The position numbers and the translations under genes are program-made. Shown piece after piece: positions 39,377 to 48,463 of a DNA stretch of 64,000 bases. The notes beneath the pieces were generated by a model that searched no databases, had not been told where the DNA came from, and saw only the letters and a program-made list of their open reading frames with translations. The stretch is from Fibrobacterales bacterium (GTDB lineage Bacteria > Fibrobacterota > Fibrobacteria > Fibrobacterales > JAOPTW01). Position 1 is the first letter of the stretch. Each line of letters opens with the position of its first letter. The stretch lies in the NCBI GenBank assembly GCA_051532035.1, contig JAOPTW010000063.1:1-64000 (forward strand). The letters run 5' to 3'.

Positions 39377-39479
39377 GCAGTTCATATAATCGCGAGCAAG
39401 CGAGCGGTTATCACTCGACGTCCAGTCGAGCCCGGAGGGTGAGAACGTTACAGATTGTAACGTTCGAATAATTCTGCTC
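39377..39479. repeat. Degenerate tRNA-Phe T-arm copy split by a four-hairpin insert
   Basis: GCAGTTCA (39377-84) and ATTCTGCTC (39471-79) are contiguous in the tRNA; an 86-bp palindromic insert lies between them. Confidence 0.5.
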
Positions 39480-39583
39480 ATGTGGTGTACAGTGTACCCC
39501 AAAAGATATACTAGCCTTACTATTTCTGAAGTCCCCATGTAGTCCATTTCTATTCTATAATTTTTTCTCTAGTATTAACTCCC

Positions 39584-39704
39584 GGGGCTGCCTGCCCCAG
39601 CTGGTCGCATGTAAACATGCTGCTCGCTCAAGCAGCCTGAGACCCCGACTTAAGAATACGCCCAAGCGCGTACTCTTAAGAATCTCGCGCTTCTCTTGCA
39701 GAGA
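39584..39704. other. GC-rich multi-hairpin non-coding element (REP/MITE-like or structured RNA)
   Basis: GGGGC-TGCCT-GCCCC; GCATG-TAAA-CATGC; GCTGCT-N6-AGCAGC; CTTAAGAATACGC-N6-GCGTACTCTTAAG; TCTCT-TGC-AGAGA. Confidence 0.45.
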
Positions 39705-39994
39705 GCCGCATCACATGGGCTTGTACATCTGGCTCAGGTTACGCTGTACTGTACTTTTTATTATCAAATGTTGTTGGAAAAGTATATTGATATTAATAGA
39801 GTAATTGCACCAGGAGGCGCTTAAACCTTACATTTCGTGTTTGATGAGATTCGTACATCTTCCAATGGTACTGTTTGGGATACTGCGCTAACGTGATGCG
39901 TAATCTGCACTTCGTGCATTGGAGGTGTTCGGAAGCAGGATTTTGATTTTCTACATAATTAACAGTATCGTGCTCAATCCACCATACTTCTTGT

Positions 39995-40945
39995 TTAATT
40001 CAGTACGGTATTTCTGGGCTCAAACTCTGTAATTACTGTAGTAACTGCTACAGTGTCCCCCAGCCCTAAATAATTATGAAGCATAAGAGTCCAATCATAG
40101 GTTTGGCCAGCGCAAGTTGAATCTGGAGTAAATACTACCTTATAGACTGTGCTCAAATTTTCATGTGAATACCACGTATCCATCATAGCAGACCCATCAG
40201 TATACCCCGGCACCATCCCTGATGGCTTCCGCAATCTATCGACAATAACTTCAGCACAAGGTGGAAGATTTTCTGTAACTAAACGAGCACTATCGTTTTC
40301 AAAATGAGAAACTTGCACATTGTAAAATAATATATACCCTTCATTAACGGTATCAAGTGCCTGGAGTAATAACTCCCTCTGAATAAACTGGGGTGCATTA
40401 CTTTGATAAAAATTATTACTTTGAGTTGGGTCAATAGCAACTACCATTGTATCACTGTAGACCGTATCTCTTTTACCACCATATTTATGTATAATAGTAT
40501 CATTTACAAATACGGTATCACTCCTTTCTAACTTATTTACAAAAACAGTATCAATGGTATGAGTAAATGACTGTCCGATATATATTTTCCCCAAATTTTG
40601 ACAATAAACTAGAGCAACTTCCTCATCTAATACACCTCTTTTATAGGGTACATATTCATTCGTTGCACAAGGTGATCCTTTATAATACTCATAGAGATAC
40701 CCATACATTGTATCTGTAATTGATAGAGAAGGTCTTTGTGTTGTTTCTATTAACTCTTTAGTAGATTCCCCATCCACATACCACATAAAGAGAGTTGAGT
40801 CTACTAAATACGCTGTCGAATCCTCAGTATAAGTATAGGTTATTTTTAATGTATCAAGCTCCACATGGGCATTACTCATCTCTTCATTAGTGAGACACCC
40901 ATTGAACAACACAGCCAAAAAGATTAAAATAAAATAACGCATCAT
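39995..40945 (-). CDS. Hypothetical lipoprotein
   Basis: Lipobox FNGC; beta-rich; many D(S/T)-hydrophobic motifs. Confidence 0.75.
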   Translation of the reverse strand: MMRYFILIFLAVLFNGCLTNEEMSNAHVELDTLKITYTYTEDSTAYLVDSTLFMWYVDGESTKELIETTQRPSLSITDTMYGYLYEYYKGSPCATNEYVPYKRGVLDEEVALVYCQNLGKIYIGQSFTHTIDTVFVNKLERSDTVFVNDTIIHKYGGKRDTVYSDTMVVAIDPTQSNNFYQSNAPQFIQRELLLQALDTVNEGYILFYNVQVSHFENDSARLVTENLPPCAEVIVDRLRKPSGMVPGYTDGSAMMDTWYSHENLSTVYKVVFTPDSTCAGQTYDWTLMLHNYLGLGDTVAVTTVITEFEPRNTVLN

Positions 40946-41031
40946 AATCTATGCCCTCAAAATAAGTAAAGAAATAATGTAGTTAAAACTAACTCAGTGC
41001 GATCAATTCAAAGGAATTCAATCGAATACAA

Positions 41032-42444
41032 CTACCGATGTTCCGAATCACCAATATACACTGGCTCGTCTTCTATCACCTGCATGCTCTTCCATTTACC
41101 ACCAAAGTACCGAATGGTATATACGATTGAGAGGGAGAAAACAAAGAAGGTGAGTAACCCCCACATAGCATAGATAGTGCCATCAAGATATTTAATAATA
41201 ATGATGGATGGAATGATCATTACCACGACTGTAAAAAGGCCGAGGTATTTCATGACAAAATGGGTATCCCCTGCCCCTTTTATAGCCGACGAAAACATGA
41301 GCTGTACACAGTCACCCACTGCATATATCGCGACAAAGAGGAGGAGCTCAGTTGCAAGTTCTGCTATGGGGGCAAACTCGGCGGGATCCGCGCGGAGGCC
41401 AAAGAGGCCTACGAGTGGCCCTGGAAAAGTCACGTATATAAATGAAAGCGTAAGAGCCATCATAAGGCCCAACTGAATACCTGAATAAGTGGAAATTTCG
41501 GCCTTCTCAATCTGTTTCGCACCGATATACTGACCCACTTTAATGCTCACGGAAATGGCCATACTGTGAATGATAATAAAGCCAAAGATATCGATCTGGA
41601 ACGCGATATTTGATGCGGCCTGAATTTCTTTTCCGAGAAAGCCGATCATGATCATAAAGACGGTAAAGCCTGCAATCTCGATGAACATGTGTACACCGCT
41701 TGGAAGTCCATAGCGTATCAGTCGGCCGAACAGGTCTGTATCAAATCTCCATCCTGAGAGCGTGTTAAATGCCTCATTGTTTCTCTTTCTAAATACAAGC
41801 CATGCAAAGAGTACCAGAGCGAGGAGTTGTGATATTACTGTGGCTATTCCTGCTCCAAAGAGCCCCAACTCGGGAATGGGTCCCCAGCCAAAAACCAACA
41901 AATAATCAAGGGGGGTGTTTATACAGAGCATGTAGATATTAACCCACATGACTGGCTTGGTAATGCCGCGGCCCGAATAGAACCCGCCAAATACTGCCAT
42001 TGCCACCATAGGAAACACACCAAGGCAGAGCACCTGAAAATAGGTTATCTCTAATTTGATTACTTCTGGTGCGTGATCAAATGAGTTGAATACCATTGGA
42101 GCGAGAGGTATGAGAAAAAGCATGAGAAAGCCGCCGATAACCGAGAGGTAAAGCCCCTGCCATACGGCAGGTCCAATCCGTTCTGGCCTCTTTGAGCCAA
42201 AGTATTGAGAGACAAAGGTGCCTACATAGAGGCCGGTCCCCAGAAAGAGACAACCAAAGGCAAAGCTAAGAGCCCCGGCAGGCATAGCGGCCGCAAGCGC
42301 ATCAGAGGAGTACCAACTGACAAACATACGGTCGATAAACATGAGGAGTGAAAACGCCCCTGAACTAATCATTAAAGGGAACGCTACTTTCAGGAGTTCT
42401 TTGTACCCTGCGTCACGGTAGTATCTTTTCTTTAGCCAATTCAT
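41032..42444 (-). CDS. MATE family efflux transporter
   Basis: About 12 TM helices; DRMFVS, N.PLDYLLVFG..P.LG..GAGIAT, KVGQYIGA, KGAGDT. Confidence 0.93.
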   Translation of the reverse strand: MNWLKKRYYRDAGYKELLKVAFPLMISSGAFSLLMFIDRMFVSWYSSDALAAAMPAGALSFAFGCLFLGTGLYVGTFVSQYFGSKRPERIGPAVWQGLYLSVIGGFLMLFLIPLAPMVFNSFDHAPEVIKLEITYFQVLCLGVFPMVAMAVFGGFYSGRGITKPVMWVNIYMLCINTPLDYLLVFGWGPIPELGLFGAGIATVISQLLALVLFAWLVFRKRNNEAFNTLSGWRFDTDLFGRLIRYGLPSGVHMFIEIAGFTVFMIMIGFLGKEIQAASNIAFQIDIFGFIIIHSMAISVSIKVGQYIGAKQIEKAEISTYSGIQLGLMMALTLSFIYVTFPGPLVGLFGLRADPAEFAPIAELATELLLFVAIYAVGDCVQLMFSSAIKGAGDTHFVMKYLGLFTVVVMIIPSIIIIKYLDGTIYAMWGLLTFFVFSLSIVYTIRYFGGKWKSMQVIEDEPVYIGDSEHR

Positions 42445-42564
42445 CCCGACTCATAATTCATCAAATGTTTGCGATCAAAAGATACCAATTTAAACTGAGT
42501 GCTGTAATGAAAAAAAATCAATAATCAACGTTTAGCCTTTTTCAAATACATCTTAAAATGGCTT

Positions 42565-43266
42565 TTAGTCTTGAGACATAAACATTTTAAACGGCAGTAC
42601 CACCTGCCGACCGCGCTCCCCCTCAAACTCAATGCTTTTAGCGGCAACATACCCACTATCTAACACACCACAAAGCTGTTCAAAGGGAAATGACCGATAG
42701 AGATATGTGTAATTTCCTGAAATAAAATCAGTGGTAATCGCTTCAATATGATAGCTTGATGTTTCTGCTATTTCGGCCTCTGGAACCGAACATACCTTAA
42801 AAGACATGTCGGGATCAGAATAAACATCAGCAGCAACAAAAGCCCCCATATAGGAATGGGCCGACAATAAGTCACAACTTGAGGTAAACGGTAGACTTGA
42901 AACGGTATCAGGAATCTTAACAGTAAATTCAAATACTCCCCTATTTGTCTCTTCATAAAGATCAAATTCATACCGACCAAAAAATTGAGATGAATCCCCA
43001 ATGATATACGACTCTCCTACCTGAATAGATACAACGGTATCCCCAAAGAGATCGGTCACCTCGTAGGTTTCGGTGAAAGTCGCTCTACATGGCTCAACAG
43101 AAAAGTCTATACTCGTCGCAATCACCACAGTTGAACTCTGTGTTGTGGAAGAGCTCTCCCCCATTTGTATACTACTTGAATCTTGAACACTCAATGCATC
43201 AGAAGCCTCAGTACAGCTTAGACCAAATAACGAACATAAAAAGAGTAGGTAAATAGATAATTTCAT
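42565..43266 (-). CDS. Hypothetical lipoprotein
   Basis: ATG at 43266 (MKLSIYLL...GLSC lipobox); Ser-rich linker. Confidence 0.7.
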   Translation of the reverse strand: MKLSIYLLFLCSLFGLSCTEASDALSVQDSSSIQMGESSSTTQSSTVVIATSIDFSVEPCRATFTETYEVTDLFGDTVVSIQVGESYIIGDSSQFFGRYEFDLYEETNRGVFEFTVKIPDTVSSLPFTSSCDLLSAHSYMGAFVAADVYSDPDMSFKVCSVPEAEIAETSSYHIEAITTDFISGNYTYLYRSFPFEQLCGVLDSGYVAAKSIEFEGERGRQVVLPFKMFMSQD

Positions 43267-43529
43267 AGTGCCCTCGAACGTATATTTATTTTGATTCCCG
43301 CATTTCAATATACAAAGAAACGCTGTAAACTTCTGCCTATCTTAAAGGTTACATAGCTTCTGGCATGCTCAATAGCCCCCCTCTAGAATAACCATCCACT
43401 CAATCACGTTCACCATTTCACTGATAATAAAGTGAACAAAACAGTATTTTACGTAGAAAATAAGACTTTTTCATCTATTTTTAGTCACCTGATGTTTGAT
43501 TTTAATTTCCAAAGAGATACCTTAGGGCT

Positions 43530-44372
43530 ATGACTACTATATTTAATTACTTCAACTACCATGAGTTCCTGAAAGATTGGTTCAGAGCTCAAAAGGAACA
43601 GCGAAGCGGCGTTACCCTGCAATCGATTACTGATGCTGTTGGGATAAAATCCAAAAGCTATTTACATCGAATCACCAGAGGCACTGCTCGACTCTCCGAA
43701 AAAAGCCTACCTGCGCTTTGCAAGGCGCTCAAACTGAACCAAGGCGAGAGTGATTACCTTTCACTTCTCGTCCAGTTTAAACATTCAAAATCAGACAATG
43801 AAAAAAATGGTCTGCTCGTCCAAATTCAAGCCCTTGCCAATAGTGATGCTTTTGAATTAGAACAAAAAAAGTATATCTATTTTAGCAAATGGTATATACC
43901 GGCCATACGTGAGCTCGTGACCTGCCTTGAGTTTGGTGATAACTATCAACGTCTTGGAAGAGCCCTCACTCCAGTTATCTCTGCCAAAGAGACCAAAGAG
44001 GCAGTACAGTTGCTTCTCGACCTCGACCTTATTGAGAAAGAGGGCGTGCTGTATCGTCAAAAGCAAAATATCGTTCTTGCCAAAAGTGACATCGACTTTT
44101 TAGCCCTCAGAAACTATCAAAAATCACTGATAGACTTAGGGTATCAATCAATTGATCGGTTTACCCCTGATCAACGTGAAACGCTATCAATATGTGCAGG
44201 TGTTTCAAAAGATGGCTATGCACAACTGAGTTTTGCCCTCAATGAATTTCAAAAGAGAGTAGTTGAAATTCTTAATCAAACCGACACGGTAGAACTTACC
44301 TGTCAAATTAATACACAGGTATTCCCTGTTTCAAAAACTATTTCACAAAAAGGAATCGATTATGAATCATAA
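43530..44372 (+). CDS. TIGR02147-like protein (N-terminal HTH plus DUF4423-like domain)
   Basis: IFNYFNYHEFLKDW, HTH GIKSKSYL...G, YFSKWYIPAIREL, L.DLDLIEK, QINTQVFP. Confidence 0.85.
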   Translation: MTTIFNYFNYHEFLKDWFRAQKEQRSGVTLQSITDAVGIKSKSYLHRITRGTARLSEKSLPALCKALKLNQGESDYLSLLVQFKHSKSDNEKNGLLVQIQALANSDAFELEQKKYIYFSKWYIPAIRELVTCLEFGDNYQRLGRALTPVISAKETKEAVQLLLDLDLIEKEGVLYRQKQNIVLAKSDIDFLALRNYQKSLIDLGYQSIDRFTPDQRETLSICAGVSKDGYAQLSFALNEFQKRVVEILNQTDTVELTCQINTQVFPVSKTISQKGIDYES

Positions 44373-46650
44373 ACTACTCGTACTCTTGAGTACCTTCTGT
44401 ATCTTATTGTTAGGTTGCGCCATCGAACATATAGAAGATGAAACAACCAATGGCGTAATCACCGGTGGTACTATTGTACCCACAACTATTGCAGTTAAAA
44501 AGACCAGCGACAGTCAGAAGCTCCCTGACGAAGTCTACTTGTACCAACAAGAAAACCCAACCGAACTCTTTAAAAGTACCCAACTTAAAGAAGATGGCAG
44601 CTTTACCTTTACTGAACTCCCCATGGGTAAGTACGATATTATGATTAAAAATAATACCGTAGGTGGCCTGTACACCTCAATCACTCTTGATACTGAAGAC
44701 CCGACCTATCATATCAAAGAGCTTGCTCTTACTACTATTGAATATCTTCCTCTTGAGATCGATCAGGATATGGAAGAGTTCGCCCTCTTTAATTATCATA
44801 TTGAGATTGAGAAAAATAGTGATGATGAGTATCTCTTTCCCTATATTCGCTACCAAGAGAGCAACATCCATTTTTCTCAAGAGGTTCATTTTTATGATTC
44901 AGAATCTAAAAAGGTCGTGTCACTCAAACTTGCCCACGCTCTCACCGTTCTCAAGCCGCTCCCTAACAATGAAGAGTGTAAAACTGATGATGACGGTAGT
45001 CTAGAGTGCGGAGACATTCTAGAAAATTCACTTGGCAAATGTAGTGATGAGATTGACAATGACAATGATGGTCTTATCGATTGCAATGATACTGATTGCT
45101 CCATTTTTTTTGATTGTGGATTAGAGCATGAGGACACTAAAAAACTCTGTGCAGACGGCTTAGACAATGATGAAGATGGAAAAATAGATTGTCTTGACCC
45201 TAGTTGTATTGGTATCACTCATTGTTACCCAATGTTGGAAAATACCATTGAGCAATGTACTGATGGATTAGATAATGACTTTAATGGATTAATAGATTGC
45301 TGGGATCCGTCCTGTGACGCATTTGAAGATTGCCAAGAGGTACCTCCCTTTAGTGATCTCAATGATATACCCGCCAACACCCCCATAGAAAATAGTACAG
45401 CACTGTGTACCGATGCCATAGATAACGATGATGACGGTGCCATAGATTGTGATGACTCTGATTGTGCGATTACCATTGCCTGCCAAGAGCCACTTGAAAA
45501 TACTAAACTACAGTGTAACGATAATATTGACAATGATAGCGATGGCCATATAGATTGTGATGATCCAATCTGTGGAAATTTTACTGTGTGCGACTTAGAT
45601 GCTGAAAGTTCTCACGATGCCTGCAAGGACGGTAAAGATAATGACGAGGATGGTTTCATTGATTGTAATGATCCAGGATGTAAATTCCGAGCGGGATGTA
45701 CTGCTGAAATTGGCCCTATGCAATGTACCGATGGATTAGATAACGATAACAATGGAATGACTGATTGCGGGGATCCCAATTGCATAGTATTGGTCGAATG
45801 TCAAGAACCGCTCGAAAATTCAGCTGCACAATGTAAAGATGGCATTGACAATGATGAAGATGGACTCGTGGACTGTGATGACCCCAAATGTATAGGGCTT
45901 GCTGACAAATGCCAAACTGCCCCAACAGAAGGGACCTATGCACAATGTACCGACGAAATCGATAATGACAATGATGGAAAGATCAACTGTGCAGATAACG
46001 ATTGTAAAGTATTTGTAGTCTGTAACCAAGCAGAAAACGATAGTGAAACCTGTAGTGACAACGCTGACAATGATGGCGATGGGTTTTCTGATTGTGAAGA
46101 CAGCGAATGTGCTTTATTTGATTTTTGCAATGATGACCGAGAACTATGTACCGATTCTATAGATAACGACACCAATGGGCTTGTGGATTGCGACGATTAT
46201 GCGTGTATTGGCTTCGCTCATTGCCAAGACCCAACGGAAAATACCAATGCTCAATGTAATGATGGTATTGATAATGATGATAATGGGCTCATTGACTGTC
46301 TTGATGATAAGTGTGCAACTCTAGGGTACTGTTCCCCGTTTCTGGAGGGCACTTTTAATACTTGTACCGATGGCATTGACAATGACCGTGATGGCAAAAT
46401 AGATTGTGCTGACCTTGATTGCAATACATTTGTAATATGTAATGTAGCAGAAAACGAAGCTGAAACATGCCTCGATGGAATTGACAATGACGGGGATGAA
46501 CTCATTGATTGTTACGATAGTGAGTGTGAACTATATGATTTTTGCAATGAAGCTGATACATATACGTGCAAGGATGGTATTGACAATGACAAGGATGGTC
46601 TTATCGATTGTGAGGAATCAAGCTGTGCTTTCGATGAGTCTTGCTCATAA
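44362..46650 (+). CDS. Lipoprotein with carboxypeptidase-regulatory-like domain and 15 CxDxxDNDxDGxxDC repeats
   Basis: Lipobox LLGC; DGSFTFTELPMGKY; 15 Asp/Cys repeats counted; 11-nt overlap with the upstream gene. Confidence 0.85.
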   Translation: MNHKLLVLLSTFCILLLGCAIEHIEDETTNGVITGGTIVPTTIAVKKTSDSQKLPDEVYLYQQENPTELFKSTQLKEDGSFTFTELPMGKYDIMIKNNTVGGLYTSITLDTEDPTYHIKELALTTIEYLPLEIDQDMEEFALFNYHIEIEKNSDDEYLFPYIRYQESNIHFSQEVHFYDSESKKVVSLKLAHALTVLKPLPNNEECKTDDDGSLECGDILENSLGKCSDEIDNDNDGLIDCNDTDCSIFFDCGLEHEDTKKLCADGLDNDEDGKIDCLDPSCIGITHCYPMLENTIEQCTDGLDNDFNGLIDCWDPSCDAFEDCQEVPPFSDLNDIPANTPIENSTALCTDAIDNDDDGAIDCDDSDCAITIACQEPLENTKLQCNDNIDNDSDGHIDCDDPICGNFTVCDLDAESSHDACKDGKDNDEDGFIDCNDPGCKFRAGCTAEIGPMQCTDGLDNDNNGMTDCGDPNCIVLVECQEPLENSAAQCKDGIDNDEDGLVDCDDPKCIGLADKCQTAPTEGTYAQCTDEIDNDNDGKINCADNDCKVFVVCNQAENDSETCSDNADNDGDGFSDCEDSECALFDFCNDDRELCTDSIDNDTNGLVDCDDYACIGFAHCQDPTENTNAQCNDGIDNDDNGLIDCLDDKCATLGYCSPFLEGTFNTCTDGIDNDRDGKIDCADLDCNTFVICNVAENEAETCLDGIDNDGDELIDCYDSECELYDFCNEADTYTCKDGIDNDKDGLIDCEESSCAFDESCS

Positions 46651-46686
46651 AATAATGGTTTACTTTCCTGATAATACATAAGCGCC

Positions 46687-46714
46687 AAGGTCACTCTATA
46701 GGAGTGGCCTTTTT
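46687..46714 (+). terminator. Intrinsic terminator
   Basis: AAGGTCACTC-TATAG-GAGTGGCCTT followed by TTT. Confidence 0.75.
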
Positions 46715-46725
46715 ATTAAGCCCAG

Positions 46726-47697
46726 TTAGCTTCTCGAAAAAGGAAAACTCAAAACCTTTGAGAGGTTTTCTTCACCAAGTATCAGCATAATCAACCGATC
46801 AAGACCAATAGCAACCCCCGCACATTGAGGGACTCCCGATTGTAATGCATCAAGAAAAAAGTCATCTTTGGACAATATCCTTTTACCCAACTCCTTGCGC
46901 TTTTCAATGTCTTCATTAAAGCGCCTCTCTTGCTCTTCTGAGTCAATGAGTTCTTCATACCCATTACAGAGCTCTACCCCATTAATATAGAGTTCAAATC
47001 GCTTGGCAACGAGGTTACCATACACATCCGTATAGGTCTGAGCTAAAGCCGCCTGAGATGCAGGGTAGTCACACAAAATCTCTGGCCCATCCTTACCCAT
47101 ATTCGGTTCTACACATTGTGAAAGGATGTAAATGAGCCACTCATCGATATCATCAGATTCAATAGTGGGCAAATCATGGGCTTCTGCAAGTGATACAGCA
47201 CAATTAACCGTGAGTTTATGAGGATCAACACTGAGATAGTTTAAGAAGGCATCTCGATAAGTAACCACAGAATAGGGACCAAAATCACCGAGCTCATTTA
47301 CCAAGTCCATTACTTCCACAATGAGCTCTCTAAAACTCATACCCACCCGATACCACTCTAATATGGTAAATTCAGGGTTATGAATAGTACCTGATTCACC
47401 ATTTCTGAAGGCCTTGCAGATCTGATATATTGAGGGATATCCTGCGGCCAACATGCGCTTCATAAAAAACTCAGGGCTGGTACTCAAGTACAGAGATTCT
47501 TTGGGACTCTCTGATCCGTCAATAAAATGATCGGTTTCGTAGACATCGATATAGGGGTCAAGCCCTGAACTACGAGAGAGTATTGGTGTCTCCACCTCAA
47601 TGATATTTAAGGCATGAAAAAAAGACCTGATCTTGAAGATCAGGTCTGCTCGCTTTCGCGCGTATTCTATAGAAAGTGTTGGTTTAAAATTAGACAT
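46726..47697 (-). CDS. epmA: EF-P beta-lysylation ligase
   Basis: Class II aaRS catalytic core only; TSPEFFMKRML, FRNGE..HNPEFTILEWY, RFELY, ELCNGYEEL, GVAIGLDRL; next to efp. Confidence 0.93.
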   Translation of the reverse strand: MSNFKPTLSIEYARKRADLIFKIRSFFHALNIIEVETPILSRSSGLDPYIDVYETDHFIDGSESPKESLYLSTSPEFFMKRMLAAGYPSIYQICKAFRNGESGTIHNPEFTILEWYRVGMSFRELIVEVMDLVNELGDFGPYSVVTYRDAFLNYLSVDPHKLTVNCAVSLAEAHDLPTIESDDIDEWLIYILSQCVEPNMGKDGPEILCDYPASQAALAQTYTDVYGNLVAKRFELYINGVELCNGYEELIDSEEQERRFNEDIEKRKELGKRILSKDDFFLDALQSGVPQCAGVAIGLDRLIMLILGEENLSKVLSFPFSRS

Positions 47698-47762
47698 ATT
47701 CCAAATACGAATATCACATTATATTAAGCAAATTTTTGTTCCAGTACCAAGCAGTTCGAGGC

Positions 47763-47802
47763 ATCTGGTTTTCCTGATAGTGTACTATTAGGAAAACCAG
47801 AT
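47763..47802. repeat. Near-perfect 40-bp palindrome between efp and epmA
   Basis: ATCTGGTTTTCCTGATAGT-GT-ACTATTAGGAAAACCAGAT. Confidence 0.8.
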
Positions 47803-47835
47803 AACGAAGAAATGTGCAGTGTAATGGGACCAAAA

Positions 47836-48405
47836 TTATTCTTTAGAACGCTCTACATATTCCCCAGTACGAGTATCAACTTTGATTTTCATACCTTGAT
47901 TGATGAAAAGAGGGATATGAATCTCAGCACCACTTTCGAGGATGCCAGGACGAGTAACGTTACCTGTCGTATCACCACGTGCTCCTGGAGGGGCGTCAGT
48001 TACTACAAGGTGCATAAAGTTAGGGAGTTCTACTTCGATAACAGTGTCATTCCACATAAGAACTTCACAAGGAGTGTTATCAAGAAGGAAACGCTCTTGA
48101 CCTGCAAGTGCGATCTTTGGAACTTCGATTGTCTCATAAGACGACTGATCCATGAATGAGTAGATCTCACCATCATTATAAAGATATTCCATTTTATTAG
48201 AAGTAACATCAGCTTTATCAACCATCTCACCCGATTTCCATGTTCTATCTATAACACGACCATTCAAAAGGTTTTTGATCTTCACACGATTAAACGCCTG
48301 ACCTTTTCCTGGTTTTACAAATTGGTTATCGATAATTTCATACGGTTGATTATCAATCAGAATCTTCAATCTTTTTCTAAATTCATTGGTGTTCACTTTA
48401 GCCAT
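47836..48405 (-). CDS. efp: Elongation factor P (Lys34 type)
   Basis: KPGKGQAF loop, PGARGDT, PLFI..G..IKVDTRTGEYVER. Confidence 0.97.
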   Translation of the reverse strand: MAKVNTNEFRKRLKILIDNQPYEIIDNQFVKPGKGQAFNRVKIKNLLNGRVIDRTWKSGEMVDKADVTSNKMEYLYNDGEIYSFMDQSSYETIEVPKIALAGQERFLLDNTPCEVLMWNDTVIEVELPNFMHLVVTDAPPGARGDTTGNVTRPGILESGAEIHIPLFINQGMKIKVDTRTGEYVERSKE

Positions 48406-48463
48406 GAATAGTTCCTTGTTGCAAACTCACATTTTGATGCAAAATTAACAAAAATTACACTAT

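Noticed and set aside
39323..39547. 74-aa ORF downstream of tRNA-Phe
   Set aside because: Overlaps the terminator and palindromic element and has no protein-like features
39885..39932. attC-like end (minus strand ...GCAC-GAA-GTGC...CACGTTAGCGC) downstream of a lipoprotein gene
   Set aside because: No matching RYYYAAC inverse core or full-length pairing, only one copy, and no integron integrase in the window
44960..46650. DNA-level periodicity that might suggest a CRISPR array
   Set aside because: Repeats are degenerate at synonymous positions and lie inside a coding frame; no identical repeats with unique spacers and no cas genes
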